Part shown: positions 20,221 through 29,726 of the stretch, in pieces
Position numbering within the stretch: the first letter of the stretch is position 1
Layout of the letters: each line of letters starts with the position of its first letter
Assembly (NCBI GenBank): GCA_037443035.1
Contig: JBBIPC010000012.1
Span: 1 to 64,000, forward strand
Source of the DNA: Chthonomonadales bacterium
Lineage (GTDB): Bacteria > Armatimonadota > Chthonomonadetes > Chthonomonadales > CAJBBX01
Reading direction: 5' to 3'
DNA length: 64,000 bases
Notes under the pieces: generated by a model
The model's input: the letters and a program-made list of their open reading frames with translations, nothing else
The model's database searches: none
Told to the model about the DNA's origin: nothing
Program-made: the position numbers and the translations under genes

Positions 20221-21136
20221 GTGCAGGGACCTCGTCAAGCGCTTTGGCACGTTCACGGCGGTGGATCACGTTAGCTTCGCCGTCGAGCCAGGCGCCGTTT
20301 TCGGCTTTCTCGGACCCAACGGATCTGGCAAGTCCACCACCATTCGCATTCTGAGTGGACTTCTTGCGCCGACAGCCGGGACCGCGGTGGTGGATGGCGT
20401 TGACGTAACGGAAGACCCGGAAAACGTCAAGCGGCGCATCGGTTACATGTCGCAGAAGTTCTCCCTCTACCTGGACCTGACCGTCAAGGAGAATCTGGAG
20501 TTCTTCGCAGGGATCTATGGGATCCCACGCGATCACCGCCTCCATCGCATTGGCGAGGTTATCGAGGAGGCTGACCTGGCGCAGGTTGGCGACGTGTTGG
20601 CAGGCGCCTTATCGGTGGGCATCCGTCAACGCCTGGCCCTTGCGGCAGCACTGATTCACCGGCCTCGCATTCTCATCCTGGACGAGCCCACTTCCGGGGT
20701 GGACCCGCTCAGCCGCAGAAGGTTCTGGAATCTCATTCACCGCCATGCGCAGGACGGTACGACAGTCCTTGTCACGACGCATTCCATGGATGAGGCAGAA
20801 GCGTGCAGCGACCTCGCGCTCATCCGAGCTGGTCGGCTCGTCGCCAGGGGTGCTCCTTCGGAGCTCAAACGTCAGCTCATGCCGTGGCCTATACTCGCGG
20901 TGACATGCACACGGCCCTACGACGCCGTCGCCAAGCTCGCCACCTTGCCCGGCGTCCGTGACGCGACCTTGCACGGACGTCGAATCCATACCATCGTGGA
21001 GAACACTGAGGAGGCAGAGCACAGGATCCGGGAAGAGCTGCCCAAGGCTGGGCATGACGTTCAGCGAATAGAGCGTGTACCGGCTACTCTCGAAGACGTA
21101 TTCCTCGCCGTAGCGGAAGGGGTTGGCGAAGCGTGA
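20207..21136 (+). CDS. ABC transporter ATP-binding protein (YbhF C-half-like)
   Basis: GPNGSGKS, LSVGIRQR and LDEPTSGVDP motifs. Confidence 0.92.
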   Translation: MPAIECRDLVKRFGTFTAVDHVSFAVEPGAVFGFLGPNGSGKSTTIRILSGLLAPTAGTAVVDGVDVTEDPENVKRRIGYMSQKFSLYLDLTVKENLEFFAGIYGIPRDHRLHRIGEVIEEADLAQVGDVLAGALSVGIRQRLALAAALIHRPRILILDEPTSGVDPLSRRRFWNLIHRHAQDGTTVLVTTHSMDEAEACSDLALIRAGRLVARGAPSELKRQLMPWPILAVTCTRPYDAVAKLATLPGVRDATLHGRRIHTIVENTEEAEHRIREELPKAGHDVQRIERVPATLEDVFLAVAEGVGEA

Positions 21137-22275
21137 AGCGTTCACGTTCCCGAACGGCTGCCATCCTCCGCAAGGAGCTCATCCACATACGACGGGACAC
21201 ACGGAGTCTCATCATCGCGGTTCTCATGCCCGTCGCCCTCCTCATCATCTATGGGTATGGCGTGTCGAGCGACGTCAGGAATATCCGCATGGTTGTGGTT
21301 GACTGGTGCCGAACGAGGGAGTCTCGCGCGCTCGTCAGCTCCTTCGTCCAATCCGGTTACTTTCGGATCGTCGGAGGCACAGAGCGGTACGCCGACGCCC
21401 AACGCATGCTCGACCTCGGCACAACGCGCACGGTGCTGGTCGTACCTACCACCTTCGCCCGGGACTTGGCAAAGGGAAACGTAACACATGTTCAGTTCCT
21501 CGTTGACGGGAGCGATCCAACGACCGCGAATGTGGCCGCCGGCTACGCAGAAGCCATTGTTGGCCGCGTGGCTACTTCCGCGGTCCGACAATCGCTTGCC
21601 CGGCGCGGACAGCCACGACCCAGGGGAGTTCCTCCCATTGACGTTCGTGTCAGGGTCTTCTACAACGAGGAGTTGCGTAGCACCAACTTTATCATTCCAG
21701 GTCTGATCGCTATCATTCTCGCCATGACCGCCGCGCTTCTCACGTCTGGCACCATCGCCGGCGAACGGGAACGAGGCACCATGGAACAACTGGCTGCTTC
21801 TCCCATCCAGTCCAGGGAGCTCATGCTCGGTAAGATCGGCGCCTACTCGCTCCTTGCCGCGGCGGATGTCGTCCTCGTCATTCTGGTCGGCACATTCTGG
21901 TTCGGCGTACCCCTGCGTGGTAGCGTGCTGCTCCTCATGGTCGCCTCGGGCATTTTCCTCATGGCTGCGTTGGGTCTCGGGCTCCTTTTCTCCGCAAGGA
22001 TGGCCACTCAGCAGACCGCCTTGACGGCAGCCGTTCTATCCACTATGGTCCCAAGCATACTTCTCTCAGGGTTCTACTTTCCGATCCGGTCCATGCCATC
22101 CGTCATTCAGGTGCTCACCACCCTCATTCCGGCGCGCTACTTCATGGTCATCACGCGGGGCGTCTTCCTCAAGGGGGTTGGCTGGCGCACGCTCTGGCCC
22201 CAGATAGCCATGCTCGCGCTGCTGGCAGCTGTGATACTCGCCGGTGCCATCCGAGCATTTCGCAGGAAGCTGTAG
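21133..22275 (+). CDS. ABC-2 type permease (YbhS-like)
   Basis: KELIHIRRD, VDGSD, ERERGTMEQL and LLSGFYFPI motifs. Confidence 0.9.
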   Translation: MKRSRSRTAAILRKELIHIRRDTRSLIIAVLMPVALLIIYGYGVSSDVRNIRMVVVDWCRTRESRALVSSFVQSGYFRIVGGTERYADAQRMLDLGTTRTVLVVPTTFARDLAKGNVTHVQFLVDGSDPTTANVAAGYAEAIVGRVATSAVRQSLARRGQPRPRGVPPIDVRVRVFYNEELRSTNFIIPGLIAIILAMTAALLTSGTIAGERERGTMEQLAASPIQSRELMLGKIGAYSLLAAADVVLVILVGTFWFGVPLRGSVLLLMVASGIFLMAALGLGLLFSARMATQQTALTAAVLSTMVPSILLSGFYFPIRSMPSVIQVLTTLIPARYFMVITRGVFLKGVGWRTLWPQIAMLALLAAVILAGAIRAFRRKL

Positions 22276-23415
22276 GTGTTCGCGGGTATGGACCGTGTCA
22301 TCGAGCTCGTGCGCAAGGAGGTGCGTCAACTACGGCGTGATCGTCAGATGCTGCCGTTCCTTTTCGTCGTGCCAGTACTCCAGCTCCTGCTGTTCGGCTT
22401 CGCCATCAGCACAGACGTGAAGCACCTTCGCGTGGCAATCTGCGACTTGGACAGCTCCTACACGAGTCGCACGATGGTTCGCGAGCTAGGCGCTTCGGAA
22501 TACTTCGATGTTGCCTCCTATCTGGCAAGCATTCAAGAAGCAGACGCTACCCTGGATGATGGAACAGCGACGATCGTCGTGGTCTTGCCCAGAGGTCTGG
22601 AGCGAGACCTGCTGGCCGGACGCACCGTCTCGGTTCAGGTCCTGCTGGATGGCTCCGATGCTACATCCGCCACCGTCGCCATGGCTTACCTCACCCGCTT
22701 CGCCCAGCAGCATTCTGCCAGGCTCATGGAGTTTCGTCGTATCCATCAGGGCGCCGCGGCCAGGTCGGTACCGGACATCGTGACGGAGACGCGATTCTGG
22801 TACAACCCCCTTCTCGCCAGTTCAGTTTTCTTGGTCCCAGGAGCCATGTGCGTCATCATCGGCATGTCGGCGACGATCGCTACCGCACTGGCCATCGTGC
22901 GTGAGAGGGAGATTGGCACCATCGAGCAGCTCATCGTCACTCCGATCCAACCATGGGAGTTGATGCTCGGAAAGACGATTCCCTTTCTGGGCGTAGGTCT
23001 CTACAACGTGTCCATGGTTCTTGCCGCCAACGCTGCCGTGTTCCACGTGCCGCTGCGGGGCAGCATTGGTCTGCTATACGCCTCATCGGCGCTGTTCCTC
23101 GTGTCATCCCTGGCAGTCGGTCTGCTCGTATCCACCGTCTCGCGCACTCAGCAGCAGGCGATCCTGACTGCGTTTTTCTTCCTGATGCCGAACTTTCTCC
23201 TCTCGGGGTTCATGTTCCCCATCGAGAACATGCCCGTACCCCTCCAGTGGGTGACGACTCTCTTGCCACTGCGCTATTTCCTCGTCATTGTGCGTGGCAT
23301 TTTCCTCAAGGGTGTGGGCATTGCGGAACTGGCCGACCAACTATGGCCGCTAGCTGCTCTCACGCTCGGTATCATGCTCGTCGCCGTATGGCGATTCCAC
23401 AAGCGACTGGACTAA
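22276..23415 (+). CDS. ABC-2 type permease (YbhR-like)
   Basis: KEVRQLRRD, REREIGTIEQL and LLSGFMFPIENMP motifs. Confidence 0.9.
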   Translation: MFAGMDRVIELVRKEVRQLRRDRQMLPFLFVVPVLQLLLFGFAISTDVKHLRVAICDLDSSYTSRTMVRELGASEYFDVASYLASIQEADATLDDGTATIVVVLPRGLERDLLAGRTVSVQVLLDGSDATSATVAMAYLTRFAQQHSARLMEFRRIHQGAAARSVPDIVTETRFWYNPLLASSVFLVPGAMCVIIGMSATIATALAIVREREIGTIEQLIVTPIQPWELMLGKTIPFLGVGLYNVSMVLAANAAVFHVPLRGSIGLLYASSALFLVSSLAVGLLVSTVSRTQQQAILTAFFFLMPNFLLSGFMFPIENMPVPLQWVTTLLPLRYFLVIVRGIFLKGVGIAELADQLWPLAALTLGIMLVAVWRFHKRLD

Positions 23416-23420
23416 CACAG

Positions 23421-25511
23421 TCACCGAATGACACCCTTGTAGGCGGTATCGTCCCAGCTCTGGACACCCACAACCGCCTTGTACCGCTCGAACACCTCGT
23501 CTTCCCGATCCGTCCCCATGGCCTGATAGACGTACCAGATGGGTTTCCTGCCCCATGGCTCCTCGGCATCATCCGGGAAGCGGCGCAGACCCAGCCGCAG
23601 GCCGAACTCGCCGCGGTTGTCGACCCAGGCATGGTACTGGAATGCCTCGATGGCTTCCAGTCGTTTCAGTTTCTTCCAGGCGTAGGCCATGCCAGCCGCC
23701 TGCTCCATGAGGGACTTCTCCGAGTAATCCGGTGAGTTCAGCCCCTGCTCGGTGCAGTGCACCGTTCTAGGAGTGCGCCCGAGGAACCAGTTCTCTTTCC
23801 GTTTCGCCCACGCATCCAGGACTTCGAGGTTGCGGAACGTTATCTTGGGCGTGTCCAGGGCGAAATCGGTATGCCCGTCTTCCCAGGTTCTTGGCACGAG
23901 CAATGAGTCGGGGTAAGGGTGGAAGGCTAGCCCCCAGTCAAAGTCGCCTTCCGCCTTGCAGTAGCTCGATAGGAGCTCCAGCAGACGTCTGCCCCTGTAG
24001 AACCGAGGCTCGGGAGTGTAGTTCCAGTGATGCTCCAACGAGATGAACGCCTTGCTATTGGAGTCATACTGGCGGGCGATGAGATGGGCCAGCCTCATGG
24101 ACCGATAATACAAGTCCATGTAGAGCACATCGGTCTTCTCCCCGGCATTCGTCCAGATCCAGCCCGCGTTGATCTCGTTATGCAGGATCCAGTGATGGAT
24201 GCGCGGGCCGTCTGCCTTGCAGTAACGGCGTGCCAGGTAGTCCATGGCAGCGGCGTATGCGAGGACGCCGTCGCGGCTGTCCATGTCCGGCATCACGAAG
24301 ATGCCAGAGGGATGGGCATCGCGATGGGCGACCAGACGCGACCAGCTTCCTTCCGGCGCGTTGTAGCCTTGAGCCACGAGGATGATGGCAGATACAACTA
24401 TCTTCCGCCGTGCAGTCTCCGAAAGAAGCCTGTCGTACCCCTCGATAGCCTTGTCGTTGACGTAGTACGTCCGATTCGCGTACACGAACGGTGACCAGCC
24501 CTCTCCGCCGGTAGTCGAAAAGACGTTGTTCAACAGGATGTTGACCGTAACGGCGGCGATGCCCAGGTCATCCAAGTCACTCAGGATGTTCGTGTGCATC
24601 CAGAATCCGCCCAGACCCTTCTTCGAGCGTGGCTTCTGGGGAGGCACACTGCGCTGGGCTGCCACCTCGTCGGCAAAGCGCGCGGTCGAGCGGAGCTCTA
24701 GCGCGTCCTTCGTCCGCGACACGACGGCCCACCTGGAGAGGAGTCTGTCGCGCGAACCATCGAACCGTGGCAGTGTAATGGCGAACGGCCCCTTGTCTCG
24801 AATAGCCACGAGAGCCGGCGCGCGGGCCAGATCTGTGGGATCCTCCCACAGCGGTACGTCAGCAAGCCAGAGATCGCCACTGGCGTTCGCCGTGTCGCCG
24901 CGGATCACAACCCGATCGCGTTCCAACCCTACCCGCGTTACGTGCGCTGGGTAGCTGCCCCGGAGATACGCCTCCAACCGGGCATGGCGAGCTGTCAGGG
25001 CCGCCTGGCGCGCTTCTGCCTGAGCCGCCAGTTCTCTTTCCCGAACGTTCGGAGCCCGAAGGTGAATGTTGCGGATGCGAATGAACTTGCCCGGGTGATT
25101 ACCTGGATCTATCCTGACTCCCTCTAGGCGACCAGCCAGCTTGGCCAGAGCAGGCCCGATGTCCACCGAGTGACTGCTCCATCCTTCGCTGAGGGCCAGC
25201 CCTGGACCTGTGACACTCGTGCTTTCGCCGAGTGGAGGAAACACATAGACTTGGAGGTTGTCCGTTCCCTGGGGGCTTGCATACTCGAACGCAAGCATGT
25301 GCAGACTTGGACTTGGCTCACCGGATAGGATCTTGAGAAAGACGTACGGGTCCGGACCAGTTGTCACAATCTCGTAAGAACCGTCGCCTGCGTCTTTCAG
25401 CGTAGCGTTGTGGATATTGTCCGCTACCGGTGTCAATCGCACAATCGCTCCCGATTGCGTGTGGCCCACGGAGCATATCGCGATTGCGCTCAGAAGTACC
25501 AAGACGGTCAC
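23421..25511 (-). CDS. Secreted DUF5722-like protein (putative TIM-barrel glycoside hydrolase)
   Basis: Signal peptide; SKKGLG, WILHNEIN, FHPYP and CTEQG resemble the acid/base and nucleophile positions of clan GH-A. Confidence 0.7.
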   Translation of the reverse strand: MTVLVLLSAIAICSVGHTQSGAIVRLTPVADNIHNATLKDAGDGSYEIVTTGPDPYVFLKILSGEPSPSLHMLAFEYASPQGTDNLQVYVFPPLGESTSVTGPGLALSEGWSSHSVDIGPALAKLAGRLEGVRIDPGNHPGKFIRIRNIHLRAPNVRERELAAQAEARQAALTARHARLEAYLRGSYPAHVTRVGLERDRVVIRGDTANASGDLWLADVPLWEDPTDLARAPALVAIRDKGPFAITLPRFDGSRDRLLSRWAVVSRTKDALELRSTARFADEVAAQRSVPPQKPRSKKGLGGFWMHTNILSDLDDLGIAAVTVNILLNNVFSTTGGEGWSPFVYANRTYYVNDKAIEGYDRLLSETARRKIVVSAIILVAQGYNAPEGSWSRLVAHRDAHPSGIFVMPDMDSRDGVLAYAAAMDYLARRYCKADGPRIHHWILHNEINAGWIWTNAGEKTDVLYMDLYYRSMRLAHLIARQYDSNSKAFISLEHHWNYTPEPRFYRGRRLLELLSSYCKAEGDFDWGLAFHPYPDSLLVPRTWEDGHTDFALDTPKITFRNLEVLDAWAKRKENWFLGRTPRTVHCTEQGLNSPDYSEKSLMEQAAGMAYAWKKLKRLEAIEAFQYHAWVDNRGEFGLRLGLRRFPDDAEEPWGRKPIWYVYQAMGTDREDEVFERYKAVVGVQSWDDTAYKGVIR

Positions 25512-25536
25512 TTGCCCTCTCCGAAACTACCGTCGG

Positions 25537-26355
25537 TCATGTCGGACGGAGATCAGCGTCGAGTTGCCGCAAGTACTGAATATCTCTCCGTGCTCTGTCC
25601 AGCATCTCGCGATCCGTAATCCGTTCGTACTCGCTATGAACGCTGACAGGACCTGCGAACCCTGCAGCATGCAGCGCGCGCCACCACTCCTTCCAGTTCA
25701 CGAATCCTTGGCCGAGCGGCATACACTCGCTCCGCCGTACGCGGTCGTCGCTGCTCCTGACCCACATGAGGTCTTTCACCGCCACAAGGGCCAACCTTGG
25801 CCCTGCCATAGCAATGGCCATCTCTGCAGGTTCACCGTTCAGCGCCAGGTGACCTGGATCCAGATAGAGTCCAATGTGCGTCGGATCTGTACCCTGGACC
25901 AGGAGCGTCGCGGCGCTCGTGTTGATACTCAGGAAGGACCCGCTGTGAATGTGTACGCAGCACCGCACGCCGAACCTCTGTGCCAGCTTCTGCCATCCGT
26001 CCAGCTGTCTCCGTGCAGCATCGAGTTGCGGCTGGTACGGTCCAGGCCGGAAGCTCCAGTAGCCGGGCTTGAGGTAGTGAACATCGGCATCGTGGCAGCC
26101 CGCGAATAGTGCCTCTGCTGCAGGGCTCGAAGGGTCGTGCAGGTCCGTTGGAGCCGAGACCATGGCGATGGTCAGATTCTCACGCCGGAAGAGCTGCACA
26201 GCGGCCGGGAGTGCCGTGCGCACATTATCGGGATTTACGGGGTAACCATCCCGGACACATAGGTCCGCGCCGTCGGCGCCGATACTCCCGAGCGTCTCTG
26301 TCAGATCGGGAATGCTGCGGTCCTTGAGGGTTTTTGTGAAGAAGACGTACTGCAC
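25537..26355 (-). CDS. Sugar phosphate isomerase/epimerase family protein
   Basis: GADLCVR, HIHSG, DPGH, AVKD and SVHSEY motifs. Confidence 0.8.
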   Translation of the reverse strand: MQYVFFTKTLKDRSIPDLTETLGSIGADGADLCVRDGYPVNPDNVRTALPAAVQLFRRENLTIAMVSAPTDLHDPSSPAAEALFAGCHDADVHYLKPGYWSFRPGPYQPQLDAARRQLDGWQKLAQRFGVRCCVHIHSGSFLSINTSAATLLVQGTDPTHIGLYLDPGHLALNGEPAEMAIAMAGPRLALVAVKDLMWVRSSDDRVRRSECMPLGQGFVNWKEWWRALHAAGFAGPVSVHSEYERITDREMLDRARRDIQYLRQLDADLRPT

Positions 26356-26399
26356 TGTGCTACCTCCATGCGAGCGAACGTTGCTGCTTCGACGGCGTT

Positions 26400-27185
26400 C
26401 TATTCCGCGGACCTGCCCAGATCACCTCCGACCCAGCGAAGGAAAATCCACGCGCCCACGATGAGGGAGGCCAACACGATGGGTCCTGCGACGATGGCGG
26501 GCAGCTCCAGCACGACGAAGGCAGCGATCAGGAACAGGGGAACGCCTATGATCCATCCGCGCAGAATGGTCTTCGGTCCTCCCTCGATGCGGATACGCCG
26601 ACGCATCTCCGAGACGGTACCGAAGTACGCACCGCACTCGGAACACTGCGTTGCGTTGGCGGGCTGTTCGGCGTGGCAGATGTGGCAGAAGATCGTCTGC
26701 GGCGTTTCCTCAGTTCTCAGTTCGCGTTTCCACGAGTCAAGCGTGGCCTGATGCTGCATGGACAACTTGGGATACTCCGCCAAGGTCCACTCCAAGTGCT
26801 CGATGGCCTGAGCCAGGTCTCCGCGCTTGGCAAGCTCTTCGGCCAAGGCGATGCGCGCTACCGGATCCCTCGGATTGCGCTCCAGAGCACCCACGTACGC
26901 CTTCAAGCGTTCTTCATCGATCCTGTGGAGGTCACGATCGGCGCTTACCTTACTGAGGACCGGCATCATCACAGCCGAGAAGATGATGAGAAGGAGGGCT
27001 CCGATCTTGATAGCGGATGGTCCCGTGGCCACCGCGACGATCAGGACCATATACAGAAACAGAGCGATGAGCACCTGCCCGAACTCGAGCTGCCCATCTA
27101 TCGCCATATGAACCAGGCGGACCGCCGGTATGGCCGCAATAACCAGCCCCAACACGGCCGCCTGAACGGTGAACATGGCACCCAT
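26400..27185 (-). CDS. Membrane protein with TPR and zinc-ribbon
   Basis: Three N-terminal TM segments, TPR-like ALERNPRDPVARIALAEEL, CHICH...CSECG, two C-terminal TM segments. Confidence 0.7.
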   Translation of the reverse strand: MGAMFTVQAAVLGLVIAAIPAVRLVHMAIDGQLEFGQVLIALFLYMVLIVAVATGPSAIKIGALLLIIFSAVMMPVLSKVSADRDLHRIDEERLKAYVGALERNPRDPVARIALAEELAKRGDLAQAIEHLEWTLAEYPKLSMQHQATLDSWKRELRTEETPQTIFCHICHAEQPANATQCSECGAYFGTVSEMRRRIRIEGGPKTILRGWIIGVPLFLIAAFVVLELPAIVAGPIVLASLIVGAWIFLRWVGGDLGRSAE

Positions 27186-27240
27186 TGGTGGGCAGGCTCC
27201 CTACGCGGCGCCCCGGATACCGACGAATGCTTGGCAAGCA

Positions 27241-27726
27241 CTACCCGCGCTCATGCAGCTCCCTTGCGGCCTCACGTTCGACGTCACGTCGGGCGATGGC
27301 TTCACGTTTGTCGTAGAGGCGCTTGCCCGCGCCCAGGGCCAGCTCGACCTTCGCGTAGCCGTTCCGGAAATACACGCTGAGCGGAACCAGCGTGTAGCCC
27401 TTTCTCTCGACTAAGCCACGAAGTCGCTCGATCTCCCTACGATGGAGCAACAGCTTGCGCGGCCGGCGTGGATCCTGGTTCCATCTCGATCCTTGTTCGT
27501 ATGGGGCGATGTGCATGTTGTGCAGCCAAACCTCCGCACCCTCGACCTTCGCAAATGCGTCCCGCAGACTAGCGTTGCCACTTCGCAGAGACTTCACTTC
27601 CGTACCGACCAGCGCCAATCCAGCTTCGTACGTCTCGACGATGGTGTACTCGTGTCTCGCCTTGCGGTTCTGCACAACGATACGCCGGCTGTCTCCCGCT
27701 ATCTTCTTCTGATGTTGCTTCTTCAC
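27241..27726 (-). CDS. smpB: SsrA-binding protein
   Basis: NRKARHEY, EAGLALVGTEVKSLR, RKLLLHRREI and GKRLYDKRE motifs. Confidence 0.97.
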   Translation of the reverse strand: MKKQHQKKIAGDSRRIVVQNRKARHEYTIVETYEAGLALVGTEVKSLRSGNASLRDAFAKVEGAEVWLHNMHIAPYEQGSRWNQDPRRPRKLLLHRREIERLRGLVERKGYTLVPLSVYFRNGYAKVELALGAGKRLYDKREAIARRDVEREAARELHERG

Positions 27727-27749
27727 ACGGCGATTATACTACGCGCGCC

Positions 27750-28991
27750 TCACTCGTGTCGGAGGGCTTCGATGGGATCCAAGCGAGCGGCCCGAACCGC
27801 CGGATACAGGCCGAAGAACACGCCAACGCCGGCTGAGAAGAGGAAGGCACCGAGGATGGACCAAAGCGGCAGGTGTGTCGGGATACCAGGGTCTGCGCCG
27901 ACACCACCTTTCATGAACTCCTTGGAGATGGCGGAGACGAGAAAGGCCACGCCCGCGCCGAGACCGATGCCTACCAGCCCACCCGTGCCCGAGACGGTCG
28001 CGGACTCGATGAGAAACTGCGCCAGGATGTCTCTCCTGCGCGCTCCGACCGCCTTGCGCAGGCCGATCTCCTTCGTCCGTTCAGTTACCGATACCAGCAT
28101 GATGTTCATGATGCCGATCCCACCAACAAGCAATGCAAGGCCGGCGATGCCACCCAACACAAGTCCGAAGATGCTCAGCACTCGGCCAATGGCGCGCTGG
28201 ATGTTCTCCAGGCTGTCCACCTGGAACCCCGGTGCGTTGTCGTGGCGGCGCATGAGGCATTCCCAGATCTGGTCCATGGCTGCTTCGACGTTCTCGGACG
28301 AGTTCGGAAGCGCCCAGATGAGGCCCACGATCTCGCTCCCGACGAAGCGCTTCTGAATTGTCGTGATGGGGACCAGAACCATCTTGTCGGTGTCCTCATC
28401 CCCCGAACGCCCCTTCGGCTCTAGAACACCCACCACCGTAGCCGCCACGCCCTGAACGTCAATGATCTTGCCAATCGGGTCGCTCTTGCCGAACAGAGCG
28501 GTCCGCACCTTGGAGCCAATGACGCACGTCTTCGCCCAGTTCTCGACATCCTCATCGCTGAGGAAACGGCCCGCGGCTACTGTGACGTTGCGAAGCCGCT
28601 CGAAGTCGGGCTGCACACCGCGAACGTTGGCAGTGGTCTCGGCATCTGCGTAGCGTATGGTGAACTCCTGTGGCACAGGAAGCTCGGCAGAAAGGCCACT
28701 CACGAGGTTGCATTGCTCGCGTATGGCTCGTACGTCGTCCATGGTCAGCCCGCGCAGGAGGCGCGTAGACCGCTCCTCACGCACCTTGCGGGGGTCGTAC
28801 GCCACGATGATCAGGCTTGACCCCAGCCGTTCGAACTCCTGGACGATCTTGTACCGTGCGCCCTCCACGATGCTGACCATGACGATCACGGCACTGACGC
28901 CAATGATGACACCCAGCATGGTGAGTGCCGAACGAAGCTTGTTCGCGCGAAGGTTGGCTAGTGCTGTGAAGAGGCAGTGCAGCAGCGTCAT
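27750..28991 (-). CDS. MacB/FtsX-type ABC permease (no fused ATPase)
   Basis: NKLRSALTMLGVIIGV, VGGIGIMNIMLVSVTERTKEIGLRKAVGA and PAVRAARLDPIEALR motifs. Confidence 0.93.
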   Translation of the reverse strand: MTLLHCLFTALANLRANKLRSALTMLGVIIGVSAVIVMVSIVEGARYKIVQEFERLGSSLIIVAYDPRKVREERSTRLLRGLTMDDVRAIREQCNLVSGLSAELPVPQEFTIRYADAETTANVRGVQPDFERLRNVTVAAGRFLSDEDVENWAKTCVIGSKVRTALFGKSDPIGKIIDVQGVAATVVGVLEPKGRSGDEDTDKMVLVPITTIQKRFVGSEIVGLIWALPNSSENVEAAMDQIWECLMRRHDNAPGFQVDSLENIQRAIGRVLSIFGLVLGGIAGLALLVGGIGIMNIMLVSVTERTKEIGLRKAVGARRRDILAQFLIESATVSGTGGLVGIGLGAGVAFLVSAISKEFMKGGVGADPGIPTHLPLWSILGAFLFSAGVGVFFGLYPAVRAARLDPIEALRHE

Positions 28992-29000
28992 TAGTTCGTG

Positions 29001-29648
29001 CTAGGCTTGTGGCGCTTCGGGCGGTTCTGGAGGACACGGGACCTCGGGCGGCACAGGTGGTGCTGGTGGCTCAGGCGGTGCGGGCGGTTCCACACCGCCA
29101 TCGGCTGACGTCGCTTCCGGCGCGGGCGCAGCCTGAACGCGAGACTGTAGCCATGCGAGCACATCGCCGTACGTCCGGAAACCGCCTAGATCGTCCGCGC
29201 CGAGCTCGAGCTCGAACTCTTCCCTCACTGCATACCGAAGCACGTCCCGCGCCGCCTCATCGAATCCCAGGCCTTCCAGCGTCGTGTCAGGTCTGATCTC
29301 GTCGGCATCGGCAAGCCCGTGATGGAGGAAAAGCTGCCGCAGCCTATCCTCCACGGGCATCTGTGCACGGCGCTGACGTCGGCCCTCAGCAAGACGCTCG
29401 GCAAAGCGGTAGTACCGCAGCCATGTCGCTCGCCGCTGCCGCTTGCCGGCAAGTTTGAGCGCCCGCACAATGGCCCGCACGATGTCCGGGACATCCGTCC
29501 TGCTTGTGCACGTCCACTGGCGGCTTCGCGTCTCGGTTCCGGCGCCGCCTGCTTCCCGGAGGGCGCGAATGAGGCGCTCGGCCTCTTCGGCCGTCACCTT
29601 CCCGTCCTCGAGCATCTTCAGAATGCGTGCAATCTCGTCGTTGCTCAT
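29001..29648 (-). CDS. Hypothetical protein: SHOCT-like N-terminus, ACP-like domain, Pro-rich tail
   Basis: EIARILKMLEDGKVTAEEAERLIRAL; IRPDTTLEGLGFDE...EEFELEL...FRTYGDVLAWL; AGGAGG RBS before ATG 29648. Confidence 0.7.
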   Translation of the reverse strand: MSNDEIARILKMLEDGKVTAEEAERLIRALREAGGAGTETRSRQWTCTSRTDVPDIVRAIVRALKLAGKRQRRATWLRYYRFAERLAEGRRQRRAQMPVEDRLRQLFLHHGLADADEIRPDTTLEGLGFDEAARDVLRYAVREEFELELGADDLGGFRTYGDVLAWLQSRVQAAPAPEATSADGGVEPPAPPEPPAPPVPPEVPCPPEPPEAPQA

Positions 29649-29726
29649 CCTAACTTCCTCCTGGTAGGTTGTATCTCGCCAGGGTCGCAATGGAAAGTCT
29701 CCGTGCTGTAGAGCGAAAGGAGCCCA

